Of a DNA stretch of 64,000 nucleotides, positions 8,497 to 19,878 are shown in pieces. Location of the stretch: the NCBI GenBank assembly GCA_020891255.1, contig BQFW01000006.1, positions 1,612,001-1,676,000 of the forward strand, given 5' to 3'. The notes under the pieces were generated by a model. The model did not search any database and was not told the origin of the DNA. It saw nothing but the letters and a program-made list of their open reading frames with translations. Made by a program: the position numbers and the translations under genes. The stretch comes from Entomortierella parvispora E1425. Lineage: Eukaryota; Fungi; Mortierellomycota. The stretch's first letter is position 1, and each line of letters opens with the position of its first letter.

Positions 8497-9309
8497 TTAG
8501 AGCTTGGACTTGAGTTTATCGGCACCAAGAGCAAACTCGTCCCAGTTGGGCTTCTCTCGACTCGCGAAAGCGCCAATGCCATGGGCAGCTTCTTCGGACG
8601 CGATCATCTTGGCGAACGCTTCACGAACATATCCTGTGACTGCATGTGGGTTACCACCGCGGCTGTCGACAGTATCAACCAGTAGCTTCACGTCCCTCAT
8701 GGCTCCAGGACCGCCCAGAAGTAACAGATCGACATACTCTTGCACTTTTTTGTCAAGGCTCTCTTGATCCTCCGCCACGGCAGTAACGAATCCAACACGG
8801 TAAGCTTCTTGAGCCGAGACGCGTTCGCCAGAAAGCATGTACTGCTTGGAGCGGAAAGCGCCGAGCTGAGGGACAATAATCTCGGAGATCAGTGCCGGAA
8901 TCAATCCTCGGTGAACCTCGGGCATGCTAAAGTAGGCCGATGGGTGGACAATACGGAAGTTGCAAGAAAAAACGATACCGACACCGCCTCCCAAGGCAGG
9001 GCCGTTCATCCTGCAGACAGTGGGCTTGGGACTGCGAGACAGGGTCGTGAACATGGATAGGGTCGACGCAACGGGGTTCATAGCCGTAGGGGTATCATCC
9101 TGTGGAGTGAGGTCCATGCCAGTACAAAAGTATTTGCCGTTACCAGTGATAACAATCACTCTGACAGCGACGTCGTCGATCGCCGAGTTGAGAAAATCGA
9201 TAAGCTGGCTGACCATGGGACCCGAGAGCGCGTTTCCGCGCTTAGGTCTGTTCAAGGTGATGACCGCGGTTGCGCCTTGCTTGCTGTAAAGAATATCATT
9301 TTCAGACAT
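8497..9309 (-). CDS. Enoyl-CoA hydratase/crotonase of LiuC/AtuE (glutaconyl-CoA hydratase) type, with PTS1 (270 aa)
   Basis: Intronless. Motifs ITLNRPKRGNAL, FCTGMDL, GPALGGGVG and PEVHRGLIPALIS. Ends KLKSKL-stop and has no mitochondrial presequence. Confidence 0.9.
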   Translation of the reverse strand: MSENDILYSKQGATAVITLNRPKRGNALSGPMVSQLIDFLNSAIDDVAVRVIVITGNGKYFCTGMDLTPQDDTPTAMNPVASTLSMFTTLSRSPKPTVCRMNGPALGGGVGIVFSCNFRIVHPSAYFSMPEVHRGLIPALISEIIVPQLGAFRSKQYMLSGERVSAQEAYRVGFVTAVAEDQESLDKKVQEYVDLLLLGGPGAMRDVKLLVDTVDSRGGNPHAVTGYVREAFAKMIASEEAAHGIGAFASREKPNWDEFALGADKLKSKL

Positions 9310-10035
9310 TATGGAATTCTGGTTGCCGTGGAAGAAAAGATGAAGAGGCGGATGAAATGAATGAACGGATGGATGACCTGTGGGAATGGGACAATGCAAA
9401 CATGAACAGATGTTGGACACTTTACGCAGTGAGCGTTGGCGCCACGTGATACAGACTATTTCGCCACAATTGTCACTTCTCGGTCCGCAGGTTCCCTACT
9501 CAGGACCAAGCATAGAATGCTGTAGGTCAAATGGGTGGATGGAAGCCTGTACTTGTACCTGCAATGTGGACTCTTGAGAGGGGTAGATTCGATGTTGAAG
9601 AGGATTAGCCCAAGGTTGACGCGCTGCTAGCGCGGCGGGGTTGTTCACTTCGGGGCCAAAGGGCATGTTCGCTTCAAGGGCAAAGACAAGACGCGCCTGC
9701 TCTCGAGGTCACTTCCTTCCCCCCACACCTTCCCCCCACATCCCCAACGGCAGCCGCAACGAAGAGACAGTTCAGGACTCGCCGGCTCTGCAGGGCGCAC
9801 ATGGATGAGTGCGAATGAATCGCTCTGCCTGACTGCCCCCATGGAGTCGCGTCGTTCTCGCGGTGATCACGCGCGGGTGTCACTTTGTCCGCTCTCTGCT
9901 CAATCCATCCGCTCATCTCCACTCCCCCATTTCCTCCTTTACCCCTCTTGCATCTTTTTCTTCTTTTCTCTCCTTTCCTGTTCTTGCATCCATTCAGTTT
10001 TCCTCTTCTCCTCACAACCCTCCTCTCATTCTGCG

Positions 10036-12196
10036 ATGAGCCACATCATTGACCCTTCGCAGAGGAACCCACCTCCCAACCGCAGGGCGGTCGGGGATGA
10101 ATTCAGCTCCACTCAACCAAGCGTGGCTCCCCATCTCGGCCACCACTCCAAGCCCACAAAGTCAAAGATTAACACCAAGTCTCCAGAGTATATCGCCAAC
10201 TACAAGGAGATGTTGGAGATGGTCGATCAACTCAACGAGCGCCTCCAAGAAGCCACCTTCCAGGGAGCCGATCGATTGCTGGAGCTCCATCACAAGCGCG
10301 GCTCCATCCTCGGTAAGTATACCTGATCCGCACATTGCAGCAGCAGTTGCTGTTGGCGAGCCGAGCTATGCTTATTCATTATTCCTTTGCTGTTGTCTTT
10401 ACGTAGCTCGTGACCGCCTAGAGTTGCTTCTCGATGACGACTCTCCTTTTCTGGAGCTGTGCCCACTTGCCGGATACGGTCAAGACGACATGACGATCGG
10501 AGGATCCCAGGTTGCTGGTATCGGTTTGGTCTGGTAAGCTCCAGGTCCTTAAGTGCATATGCTTGCCAGCCCCAGCCGATGGGCTCCAGAACTAACCAGT
10601 CTTCGTTCTCTTCTATGATAGTGGTGTTGAGTGCATGGTTTCAGCCAATGTTCCAACTCTTCAGGGTGGTGCTTCCAACGCCACCACTCTTGCTCGCGGC
10701 GAGCGCCTCGGTCGTATTGCCTGGGAGAATCGCCTTCCTCACATTCAGCTCGTACAGTCTGTAAGTGCATGCAATAGCTAAGGCCGCGAGGGATTTCTGC
10801 GATAGTAGATCATGTCTCTGACCTACTATATTCTTTTCCACTCCTAGGCTGGAGCCAACCTGGCGCAGCAGTCCCGCGTGTTCCATCCTGGTGGGGCTGT
10901 CTTCCGTCACTTGGCAGAGAGGTAAAGCGAGAGTGTTTCTGAGCACTAAATGGAAATGTGAATTGTGGAGGAAATAGCAAGAGTAATTAACAGGCTGGTA
11001 TTTCAATGTAGATCAAAGGCAGGACTTCCTTCTGTTGCCGTCGTTTTCGGAAACTCAACTGCTGGAGGTGCCTATATCCCCGGCATGAGTGACTACAGCA
11101 TCTTGGTCAAGGTATGCAATTTTTTTTGTAAAATGACATCTGTTCCTTACGCTTTCAGTTGCTAACTCGACAATACTTTTGTCGGTTCTAGGGTAAAGCT
11201 CAAGTGTTCTTGGGCGGACCACCTCTGGTCAAGATGGCTACCGGTGAGATTACAGATGCCGAGACTTTAGGCGGAGCTGACATGCACAGTCGTAAATCCG
11301 GTGTGTCTGATCAGCTGGCTATGGATGAGTACCATGCCATTTCTATGGCTCGTGAGTTCGTCTCGGGATTGAACTGGACCAAGCAAGGCCAATTGCCCAT
11401 TCGCCATCTCAAGGGTCTTTTTGATCAGCCTCTCTACGACCCTGACGAGATTTTGGGTATCGTGAGCGCCAACATTCGTATCCCCTTCGATGCCATCGAG
11501 GTCATTATCCGTTTGGTGGATGGTTCTCGATTCACTCAGTTCAAGCCTCTATACGGACCCAATCTGATCTGTGGTTGGGCTACCATCCACGGTATCTCTG
11601 TCGGAATTCTCGCCAACAACAACGTGCTCTTCCCACCCGAAGCCAACAAGGCAACGCAGTTTATTCAGCTCTGCAACATGCGCGATACCCCAATCTTGTA
11701 CCTTCACAATATTACCGGATTCATGGTGGGCAAGAAGTACGAGGAAGAGGGTATCATCAAGGCTGGTTCTCGATTCATCAACGCTGTGTCCAATTCGCAG
11801 GTCCCATGCATTACGATTGTGATGGGTGCCAGTTACGGGGCTGGCAACTACGCCATGGCTGGACGTGCTTACAACCCCCGGTTCCTGTTCTCATGGCCCA
11901 ACAGTAAGTGCTCGGTCATGGGAGCAGAACAATTGACGGGAGTGCTTGACATTGTGATGCGTGACTCTGCCAAGAAGTCTGGCAAGGTCATTGACGAGGA
12001 GATGGCCAAGGCATCGATGGAGATGTTCCAGTCGATGGTCGAAAGCGAGTCGGATGTGTACTGGACCAGTTCGCGTTGCATCGATGACGGTGTGATTGAC
12101 CCCCGTGAGACACGTACGATCCTCGGCTTCTGTCTATCTGTGTGCTACAACACCCCAGTCAAGGGTGGTAACCTCTATGGAGTGTCCCGCATGTAA
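10036..12196 (+). CDS. Biotin-dependent acyl-CoA carboxylase, carboxyltransferase (beta) subunit, AtuC/AccD-like (573 aa), C-terminal SRM
   Basis: Six exons: 10036-10312, 10407-10533, 10622-10760, 10848-10921, 11012-11111 and 11192-12196. Motifs [42 protein letters not shown] and [16 protein letters not shown]. Ends GVSRM-stop. Confidence 0.93.
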
Positions 12197-12419
12197 GTAG
12201 TGAGGGTGCAGCAAGAGCATACAAATAAATAAAGATTGATCTCAAAAAATCGCGTCTGAAGCGCGTGTCACAAAACTGAGCCAAAAAAAAAAAGAAAGGC
12301 AAAGCAGCCAAAGACAGTCCGTCCACACGAAGAGAGAGGAAAAAAAGCCTCCTCCCCTTTTGTTTCAATCCCTTCTTCAACACTCACATTTCCCGGCACA
12401 GACAAGACACATTTCCACC

Positions 12420-13805
12420 ATGCCCATCAATCTGCATGACATTGAGAAGTTTGACGAGACCCGCCTGCGGATCCGGCATCTGCATTTCGCCATTACAGAA
12501 GAGGCGCGCCAGCTCAAGAACTGGATCAATGCCATGGCCATCTTTACTTCTTATTTGGCGCCTCTCATACTAGCCTCACAAAAGAATGAGGTTCCTGCCG
12601 AAGCCGCCTCGTCTTCAGCGACTTCAAAAGACTCTGAGGCACCACCCGGTACCCGTCACGATGAGGATTCGTCTCTGGTAGCAGATGTTATTCGTGGGGA
12701 CACAGCATTGACTGCAAAGGACGTCAATTATATCCAGTACTCCATTTCGACCATGGTCCGTTACGCGCCCTCTCCAGCAGAGGCCAACGTCATCTACATG
12801 TTCTTTCTCCAGCAGTGTCAACTCCCGATCCGGAACGACGATACGATCGATACTTGTCTGATCTCTCTCATCTACCAGTACGCCCAAGCCAAGGAGGATC
12901 CCGAGCTTCAGGACAAGGGACTTGATCTCATCAAGGTGGCACTTGAGCGTGGGATTGGTTTGCCTTCCTATCAATCGCGCAAGTCCCAGCCCAAGAACAG
13001 ATTGCAATACCCACAGAAGGAGACCATTTTGGCCAGTGTCAGCAAGCCTATCTTGATCCGACACAGCTTGCAAATCACCGAGGACGGCCTTGCACTAGAG
13101 ACTCGGCAGCCACAGGCTCGTCCGTCTCCACAACGACGACAGATTCCACAGACCATCAATACTCGGCCGCAGCAACAACAGCCACCGCAGCAACAACCTT
13201 TGCAAGAGCGCCGACAGGGTCAAGAGCGGCCTCCTCGTTCTGGCCAAGGTGTGCGACCACGAAACTCTGTTCCAACAAATACGCCGCAGCAAGACGCACC
13301 CAAACTGTCTCCTCGATCCAGCACTGCTGCCAAAGATGGTAAATTCAACAAGGGTAGCGCCGAGGGACCTGCCTCTGACATCCGTGGCCCATCGCGTGAA
13401 AAGAAGGCGTTCAACAGGGGCTATAACACTGTTTCAACGGACTCTACAGACGAGTTTATGTACGTACCGTTTGAAGGTGCAGGCCGAAGAGGTCGCGGTG
13501 GCGGTCTTGGCAGCGGTCGTGGTGGTCGTGGTGGTCGTGGTGGCTTCCGAGGCGACTTTGGCGGAGGACTTCCGATGGGGCCACCCCGTGAAGTGAAGTT
13601 TGTCCCTGCATCCACGAATACGATGCCCAAGACATATCATCATGAAGATGAGGCTGACAAGACTGTAGTTGGCAGCGACGTTAAGGCTGCCGTTGCTCCC
13701 AGTGAAGACTTGGCTTCTGAACTTGTGCGTGGTGTGGAGGACATGAAGCTCAATGACCAAAAGCCACAAGAAAACAAGAAGGAGCAGGACGAAACACAGG
13801 TCTAA
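12420..13805 (+). CDS. Hypothetical protein (461 aa): helical N-terminal domain, Gln/Pro/Arg-rich linker, RGG box
   Basis: Long intronless ORF with GRRGRGGGLGSGRGGRGGRGGFRG near the C-terminus. No family recognised. Confidence 0.75.
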   Translation: MPINLHDIEKFDETRLRIRHLHFAITEEARQLKNWINAMAIFTSYLAPLILASQKNEVPAEAASSSATSKDSEAPPGTRHDEDSSLVADVIRGDTALTAKDVNYIQYSISTMVRYAPSPAEANVIYMFFLQQCQLPIRNDDTIDTCLISLIYQYAQAKEDPELQDKGLDLIKVALERGIGLPSYQSRKSQPKNRLQYPQKETILASVSKPILIRHSLQITEDGLALETRQPQARPSPQRRQIPQTINTRPQQQQPPQQQPLQERRQGQERPPRSGQGVRPRNSVPTNTPQQDAPKLSPRSSTAAKDGKFNKGSAEGPASDIRGPSREKKAFNRGYNTVSTDSTDEFMYVPFEGAGRRGRGGGLGSGRGGRGGRGGFRGDFGGGLPMGPPREVKFVPASTNTMPKTYHHEDEADKTVVGSDVKAAVAPSEDLASELVRGVEDMKLNDQKPQENKKEQDETQV

Positions 13806-15060
13806 AGAAAGAGAGATGTAATAAACCACACGCGTTTCGCTCTTCATGCAATGACAATGGCCATGATAGAAAAAGAAGCAAACCAAAAAAAAAAAAAAAA
13901 ACGACGCGCTTGTTTTCTTTGGAGTGAACCACAGGTGATGCATGCATGAGACTCATTTGTGCGCGTTCAAAATGGGCCATTGGTGGCTGTTGACGCGTCC
14001 CTTTTGCACCAAGGGCTGAAGGGAAAGAGAAAAAGAGAAAAGCGAGCAATGGAGAAAGGGCCAAGCAGGGCAACCAGGCCCGGTCTGGAGGCAGCGAGAG
14101 AGAGCGAGAGAAGAGAGAGGCTGGGAAGGAAAAAAAATCAGAAACCATCGCGGACAGTGATTCGACGGATTGACGTGACAGCGCAGAAAAGACGCCAATA
14201 ACAGCTCGCCTTGGCTGGGTCTCGGTTGTTTTTGGCTCTCACAGCGGTGGATGCCTCTTCCCTTTTTACCCTCTCACCTTCCCCCCATACCTTGAGTGCT
14301 TGCTTGGTTGCTTGCTTGCCTGCATCGTGTGTCGCGCCTAGTCGAACCTGCGCCCCCTTCTCTCTCGCCGCCTTTGCTCTCTTTGCCTTTGCATGCTCTC
14401 CGTCCTTGCCCATTGTCCAACCCTCTTTATCTCTCCACTGCCTGACTGTGTTGTAGTTGGTGTGAGCAGCTCCAGTGTAAGTGGCAGTTGACCTCCAAAC
14501 GCGCGTACCATCCGTACCATCGGCCATCCCCCAGACAATCGGCTGGGCTTTCCTCGCTCACAAACACTTGCCCATCCTCATACACACGACCCTGCGGTCA
14601 AGTCCTTGACTGAGCGTCAGCACGACGTGAACACGACATCAACACGGGTGGCGGACGTGTCTGCCGCTCTTTTTTTTCTATTCTTCCCTTTCCCTTCCTT
14701 TTCGAACCGTCTGTTTCTTTCTGTCCAACTGCTTCTTCCTCTTTCCCTACCTCCAGTTGGGATTGCGGTCTGCTCCTTGTCCTCCCCCCCCCCTCCCTGC
14801 CTGTTTTTCTATTATTTTTCTTATTTTTTTTGCCCTTTCTGAAAGACAGCAAGAAAGCAAAGAAAAAAAAAACCTTCTTTGCTCAGCATTGGATTGGTCA
14901 TTTGGTTTTCAAATTACATTGCATGTCCGTTTCATTATTCTTTTCTTTCTCCCATTTCTCATTTTCACGTATTTTATAAAATCAGGCATCATCATAGATT
15001 CCTTCCTGTCGGCAAGTGTTTTCATCTTCAAAGTGCCTGTAACGCTCATCTTGTGCCGCC

Positions 15061-18000
15061 ATGGACCTGAAGCTATTGCTGTCGCCAGTGCAGAAGGAGT
15101 CCGAGGCCAACTCGGCCTCGACTTCCCAGAACAACAGCTATGTAGAGCACGCGACTGAAGGCCAGCCAATTTGGCGGCACCCATCGCAACAGCAACAGCA
15201 GCAGCAACCGCCTCAGCATCAGCAAGGATACGAGGATCAGCATCGTCATCATCATCCACAATATCCTCATCGTCCTCAGCAGCAGCAGCATCGTCAGCCA
15301 GAGCGAGAGCCATATGATCCACGCGAGCCTCAGCAATCCTTTAACCCTCAACATCCCCAAGATCAACGCGCGCCGCTCCAAGGACAGCCGCAGTACATCT
15401 CCCACCAAGGCCGTCTCCAAGGTAAGTCTTCATGGCCAAGCATCGTCTCTTTGATATCAAGAGATTTCGCGTGTTGGACACGACATTGACTTGCTGGCGT
15501 TTGTGTTGGGCATTAATGTGCCATTTTAACGTGATAGCTTTCGAGGGTCCTGGAGCAGAAAGACCTTCGGTCTATGCACCGCAGCCGGACCGACACGCGT
15601 ATTATGACAGTGCATCATCGTCACGCGGCCAACCTTTGGGCTCGGACAGGAGTATGGGCCATCCTGTGGATCATGGGACGTCGTATCGTCAAGAATATCG
15701 ACCTTCTGGAGTACGAACACCCCCGCCAAGAAACCCTGCTTTGGTCCCGCCGCTGTTGTCCGTATCAGCATCGACTCCCTTGACAGGAGAGTCGCCCCAG
15801 CCCCCGCAATATTTTGTGCCCACGCACAAGCCAACACCCGCTTACGCTGCACCTCCAGCAGGGTTGAACCTCTCCTCGTTCGGCTTTATGTTGATGGAGA
15901 AACGAGACCGTGAGCGCGAGGCCATGGAGCGTGCAAATAGGACATTTCTCAGAGGAGAGGCTTCGTCTGCTTTGAGAGAGTCTGGACCCATCGCGGATCG
16001 ACCCTCCAGGACCTCGTCGCCTGCGCAGGATGATGCACGTAGAGGGCAGCACGCGCCTTATTCAACGTACGAACAACAGCCATTTGGACACCAGGGCCCG
16101 CCTTCCTCCCGGGACTATTCCGACTATGGCCATTATCCACCGGCTACATCTCACCACCACCCCTCCCACTACCACAGCAGTGGTAGCACCAACATTGGCA
16201 CGATGGACTCTTTCCAGAGCCGTCCACAGGTAACCAAGGTGGCGCCTTTCTTGTTATTATTGATCCATGACGAGACGGCAGTGGACGTTCTGCAGCACTT
16301 GCGATCACGGGAAGAAAGAGTCATTTTTTTGTCTTATGCCAAATACGCCACCAACATTTGCATTTTTTTAATGAGACTGACCCGACTCAAACTCTCTTCA
16401 TTCGTGCTACTGAACGCGTGCGATGTCCTTAGGAGTACGGCCACGATGCCCAAGGATCGTACCTACAACACCAACCATCACATTTGCAGCAGCAGCAGGG
16501 GCGTGCAATGAGTCCAAGCATGGCGGATAGGCCTCGGTTTGCCAATGCCAACCTCTCTGTATTTAGACAAAATGCCGCAGAGGACAGTGATGGCAATGCA
16601 AGTGTATCCTCGAGTGGAAGTCTGAAGCGGCGGAGACGTCCTAATAAGACTTCTGACGGCAAGCGGTCGCTCTTGACAGGGTCTGCTCTTGGAGGTGAAT
16701 CGGGACTCTATCCAATGGCGAGAACGCCCTCTCAGGGCTCGTATGAGGGTCAAGCAGGCTTCTATGACGACGACGATTCATCGGATGAGCAAATCAACGT
16801 CAGGAATGGTCTTCAAGGCCTGAATTTGCAGAAGTCAACAAAGGCATCAGGTACGATACCGAGAAGAATCATCCTCAGTTATCTGCAATTTTAACTCATC
16901 AAGACGTCACATTTTTATTAGTGACCTCCCGTGCCAAGAAGCCCAGGAAAAAGGCAGAGCGTCCGTTCAAGATTGGTGAACTTGTCGAGTCCATGAAGTC
17001 TGACACGGATGGCACCTGGTTCGCTGGTCGTGTTCTGGATCTGGAGGATGATCCTCATGATCACATCAACCCCAAGTCTGTCCTTATCCACTTTGAAGGC
17101 TTTTCGCCTCATCACGACGAGTGGGTCAAGCCAAATCAACTGCGTGCTTGTTCGACTGGAAGCAGTTTTCTTCGTTATGGCCCCTCGGGTCATGAGGCGG
17201 CCGAGAATTGGACCGCTTACGAAAAGTTTTACCACTCGGATTTGGGGCGTGTGGCCCGTCGACATACAGGACTGGCATATGATCGTCGGATGTTACTCCA
17301 CAAATGTCAATGCAACTCCAACCCAGAAGAGCGTCATCACCCTGAACAGCCGGAGCGACTTGTTGAGATCCTTTGCCAGTTCCAAAAGTTGGGCATGCTG
17401 AGTCTCGTCAAATGGGTCCAGGGACGCGAAGCCACGATCGAGGAATTGATCGCCGCCCACACGGATACACACGTCCGAAACTATTGTTGTACTGCCGCTG
17501 AAAACAAAAGATACGCTAGGGAGAACAACATTGACGACCCAGATCTGAACACTGAGGATAGTGTTGACGAGGAGCCAGATGAGGTCGAGGAAGCCCCTAC
17601 AGCCCAGGCGACTGTCGAAGATGAAGAAGCAGGCTCCAAGAAGGTTGTAAGACGTGGGCGACCTAGGAAAGGAACCCGTGGTAGCATTCTTGTACCTACG
17701 ACAGCCACCAGTGTGGATCCCTTAGCTGAAACAACTCCGGAAACAGCAGGAGCCCATGCAAGCGAGGACTCTGAGATGACAGGACCAACATCACCCACAA
17801 CTTTCAAAGAGGGCATGGATATTGATCTTCACTCGCCCGCTCTTGGAAGACGGCGTTCCAGCATGCGAGGCTCTGCCTTGAGAATGTCGTCACTTGTTAG
17901 TATGTCGTCAACCCTGTATGCCCAAAAGGAAGAGGATCTGCTACCTGAGGCTATCAAAGCGTCCTTGGCTCCAGAGGACGAGGACGATGATGACGACAAG

Positions 18001-19878
18001 ACGAACCACGCGGGTCCTGCCCCAAGTGAGGCCGCTGCCGCTGTCGCCGGAGGAATGGATCCCGCCGAAGCAAGCAAGTTGACTGGCTCGCCTCAAATGA
18101 TACCCAAATTTGATTCAAAGGACGACATTCCAGTAAAGAATGAGACGAGCGAGAGGACACGCCCTGAGCGCCGACGTCTTTCAGCAATCGACACACAAAA
18201 GGCGATCAACGACCCTGTTGCCAAATCAGAGGCATCCCCAGCTGGCGTTCGCACAGGGAAGGACCCCATTTCTCCCAAGGAATCGAGTGTCGTCTCTCCT
18301 CTTAGATCCTCTAGTAGGAATATCTCTGCAGAGATTGTTGTGCCACAAAAGGAAAAAGAGTCACCAGAAAAGAAGGCCGGCAACGACAAAGCTGAACAGG
18401 CACCCAAGGAACTTGTCGCGGCAAAGACTCCAATTAAGAAGAAAGGGTACAAGGCCGTTTCCCCTACGCCTGTCCCCTCAAGCGATGCGGTGGCAATCAG
18501 ACCTCCAGGATTGACGTTTACCATGAGTTGTGGACAATTGGGAATTGCTGTCGATACAACATGGAGTCCGTACCACTCTAGTACAGCAGCCAAGGTTGCA
18601 ACTGGATCCTTGATTACACTGGTCGACCAAGTAGTCACTGGACGTTGCAAAAACGGATTCGCTATCATTCGCCCTCCAGGCCATCACGCTGAAGAGGACG
18701 AGGCCATGTAAGGAAATATTTCGTTTACTCTGTTTATTCAATGTTCATCATGTTTCGAAAAAGGCCAAGGTACTAATGTACCTTCTCATTTGCAAACACA
18801 GGGGATTCTGTTTCTTTAACAACGTCGGCGTGGCAGTGAATCTGACACTACAAAGATACCCTCTGACTGTTCAAAAGATTCTTATTATTGACTGGGATGT
18901 GCAGTAAGTTTTGTTGCTGCAGAGACATGTTATTCTGGCATTTGCCTTGGAGATCATTTTGAACTTACGGAGCATTTTTTTTTAAACCGTAGCCATGGAA
19001 ACGGAACTCAGCAGATCTTTTACGAGAACCCCAATGTCTTGTACATTTCTTTGCATCGATGGGACAATGGGCACTTTTATCCTTTCACAGGGGCTCCAGA
19101 TGAGTGCGGTGAAGAAGCTGGCGAAGGCAGGAATGTGAACATTGCTTGGTCATCCTATGGTCGAGGTAAGCCTCGATAATCATTGCTAGTCTTTTGATTC
19201 TGCCTTGTAATGAGATTTGTTTACTAACATTACTCTCCTACTTTTTAGCTCAAGCAATGGGAGATGTAGAGTACATTGCTGCTTTCTGGTATGTGTTGCT
19301 TCCGATCGCGAGACAGTTCCAGCCCGACCTGGTAATGGTGTCAGCAGGATTCGATGCAGCGGATGGCCATGCTTCCAATGTAAGTCTATAAAAATTTGAT
19401 CCGAGTTCTCATTCACTGCCATTTCTAACTCAATGTTGTTCGACATCTTTAGATTGGAGGATACACCGTATCACCTCAAGGATTCGCCATTCTCACCCGA
19501 CTGGTACAGACCCTAGCAGGAGGCCGTGTCATTCTGTCCTTGGAGGGCGGTTATGAATTTGAACCGCTTGCTCTTTCGGCAGCGGCCTGTCTCGAGGAAT
19601 TACTTCCGCACTCCCTTTTGCCAGCGACTGCACCTACTCGTGCATTCCCTTTTGCCTCCTTCCAAGGGACGCTGAACAGTGTCAAGCCCAACGCAATGGC
19701 GGTCTCCTCCCTGCACCAGGTCCTCAAATACCAACAAAAATACTGGAAGTTCCCAGCTGAGGTATTGAACCCAAGTTTCCGGTTCCAACTTCCACAAGAG
19801 TGGAAGGCCAGCAACAGCCTGGCCACTCGTCCGAGAAGGGAGAGGGCGACGCGAAAGAAGGGGGGTGCACTCGATTAA
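15061..19878 (+). CDS. Class II histone deacetylase (HDAC4/5-like fold) with Tudor-knot domain and large intradomain insertion (~1362 aa)
   Basis: Eight exons: 15061-15421, 15538-16229, 16433-16850, 16922-18707, 18802-18903, 18993-19165, 19249-19379 and 19453-19878. Motifs TGLAYD, RPPGHHA, GFCFFNN, DWDVHHGNGTQ, SAGFDA and LEGGY. The 5' exons are less certain than the catalytic ones. Confidence 0.92.
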
